From: a virus
Lineage: Duplodnaviria > Caudoviricetes
Strand: one strand, 5' to 3'
DNA: 64,000 nt
IMG/VR virus record: IMGVR_UViG_3300003962_000006
Location: 48,181 to 112,180 of that record
The stretch's first letter is position 1; each line of letters begins with the position of its first letter. The notes beneath the pieces are model-generated. The model was not told the DNA's origin. It ran no database searches and saw nothing but the letters and a program-made list of their open reading frames with translations. Below are positions 63,245 through 64,000 of this stretch, piece by piece. The translations under genes were made by a program, and so were the position numbers.

Positions 63245-63829
63245 ATGAAGAAAAAAGAAGTTCAACTTATCCCGGCTTTGAAGTCAATTTCAAAGAAAAT
63301 TGATACAGCTTCCCGACTTGATGTCTTGGATGTCCTCCTCCAAGAGGGTCGAGAAACCCTTGAGCAATCTCTAGCACCCGCTCAACGGCGTTTCGAAGCG
63401 GCTCACGAGGCTCTATTACAAACTGGAAAAAAAATTCAGGAGGAGGCCATTGCTCAATTTCGCTCCGACCATTTGCCGGTCTTGGAGAAGTTCTTTCAAG
63501 GAAAGATTGAGGTTAATCCGCTTGCTCCAATTAAAGAGAAAATTAATCTCCAGGTTATTGGAGATAATGGAGAATTGATTTATTCTTTTGATGTCTCCGC
63601 AAACCTTCCATTTCTTTGGGCAGATTATCAAAATGCCGATAAAGAATTGGAATCTGCTTCCGAACTGTTGGATTTCGCACGAAACCGGCTTAAGAATTAT
63701 GAAAAAGATTGCACCAAAGCCGAAACAAAGCTTCTCAAACAAATGCTCGAATCTTCCCAGGAAGGAAAAGACTTGCTTGATAAGCTCCGGCGTGACATCA
63801 TTTATCCAATGTTGGAGATGAAGGAATGA
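63245..63829 (+). CDS. hypothetical coiled-coil protein
   Basis: 194-aa ORF with SD. Confidence 0.55.
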   Translation: MKKKEVQLIPALKSISKKIDTASRLDVLDVLLQEGRETLEQSLAPAQRRFEAAHEALLQTGKKIQEEAIAQFRSDHLPVLEKFFQGKIEVNPLAPIKEKINLQVIGDNGELIYSFDVSANLPFLWADYQNADKELESASELLDFARNRLKNYEKDCTKAETKLLKQMLESSQEGKDLLDKLRRDIIYPMLEMKE

Positions 63830-64000
63830 AAATCACGAAGACCGAGAAGTTGTTGACGTTTGGCGAAAAGGGTTTTTCCGCGGCAAGGTCCAAGGCGGAA
63901 AGGCGATTATTAAGCTTCCCGAGATTGACTTAAAGAATTGGAAGTGATAGGGTCTCGTTATGACGTTCCATTACTCAACAACCTCCGAAGTTTATTTAAA

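Overview
This window is a 64-kb, AT-rich segment of a large (jumbo-type) tailed dsDNA phage genome, almost all on the + strand and read in the standard code. It runs through the end of a tail/baseplate module (1-5.4 kb), then a replication and nucleotide block: short PolA, FtsZ/tubulin-like protein, gp32-like SSB, RecA/UvsX, 5'-3' exonuclease, DnaB, NrdJ, ThyX, DnaE, dUTPase and IMPDH/GMPR. After that come GroES, GroEL, ClpP, an amidase endolysin and a MoxR/vWA pair, and finally an accessory region with tRNAs, HNH genes, SpoU and an RNA ligase. Main unusual elements: (1) about 55-58 small (55-90 aa), F/Y/K-rich hypervariable ORFs in tandem, mostly ATGA-coupled clusters, sharing essentially only a C-terminal [IV]K[LIV][FY]KxL motif; (2) fractured genes rejoined by three natural split inteins: DnaE in three pieces, using inteins of opposite charge polarity, one starting with Thr, and RecA with a 14-aa N-intein; plus two cis inteins; (3) a tRNA-Leu(UAA) group I intron carrying an antisense HNH gene; (4) non-canonical tRNA-like genes; (5) strong ATAT avoidance in core genes. 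All calls come from reading motifs by eye; no searches were run.
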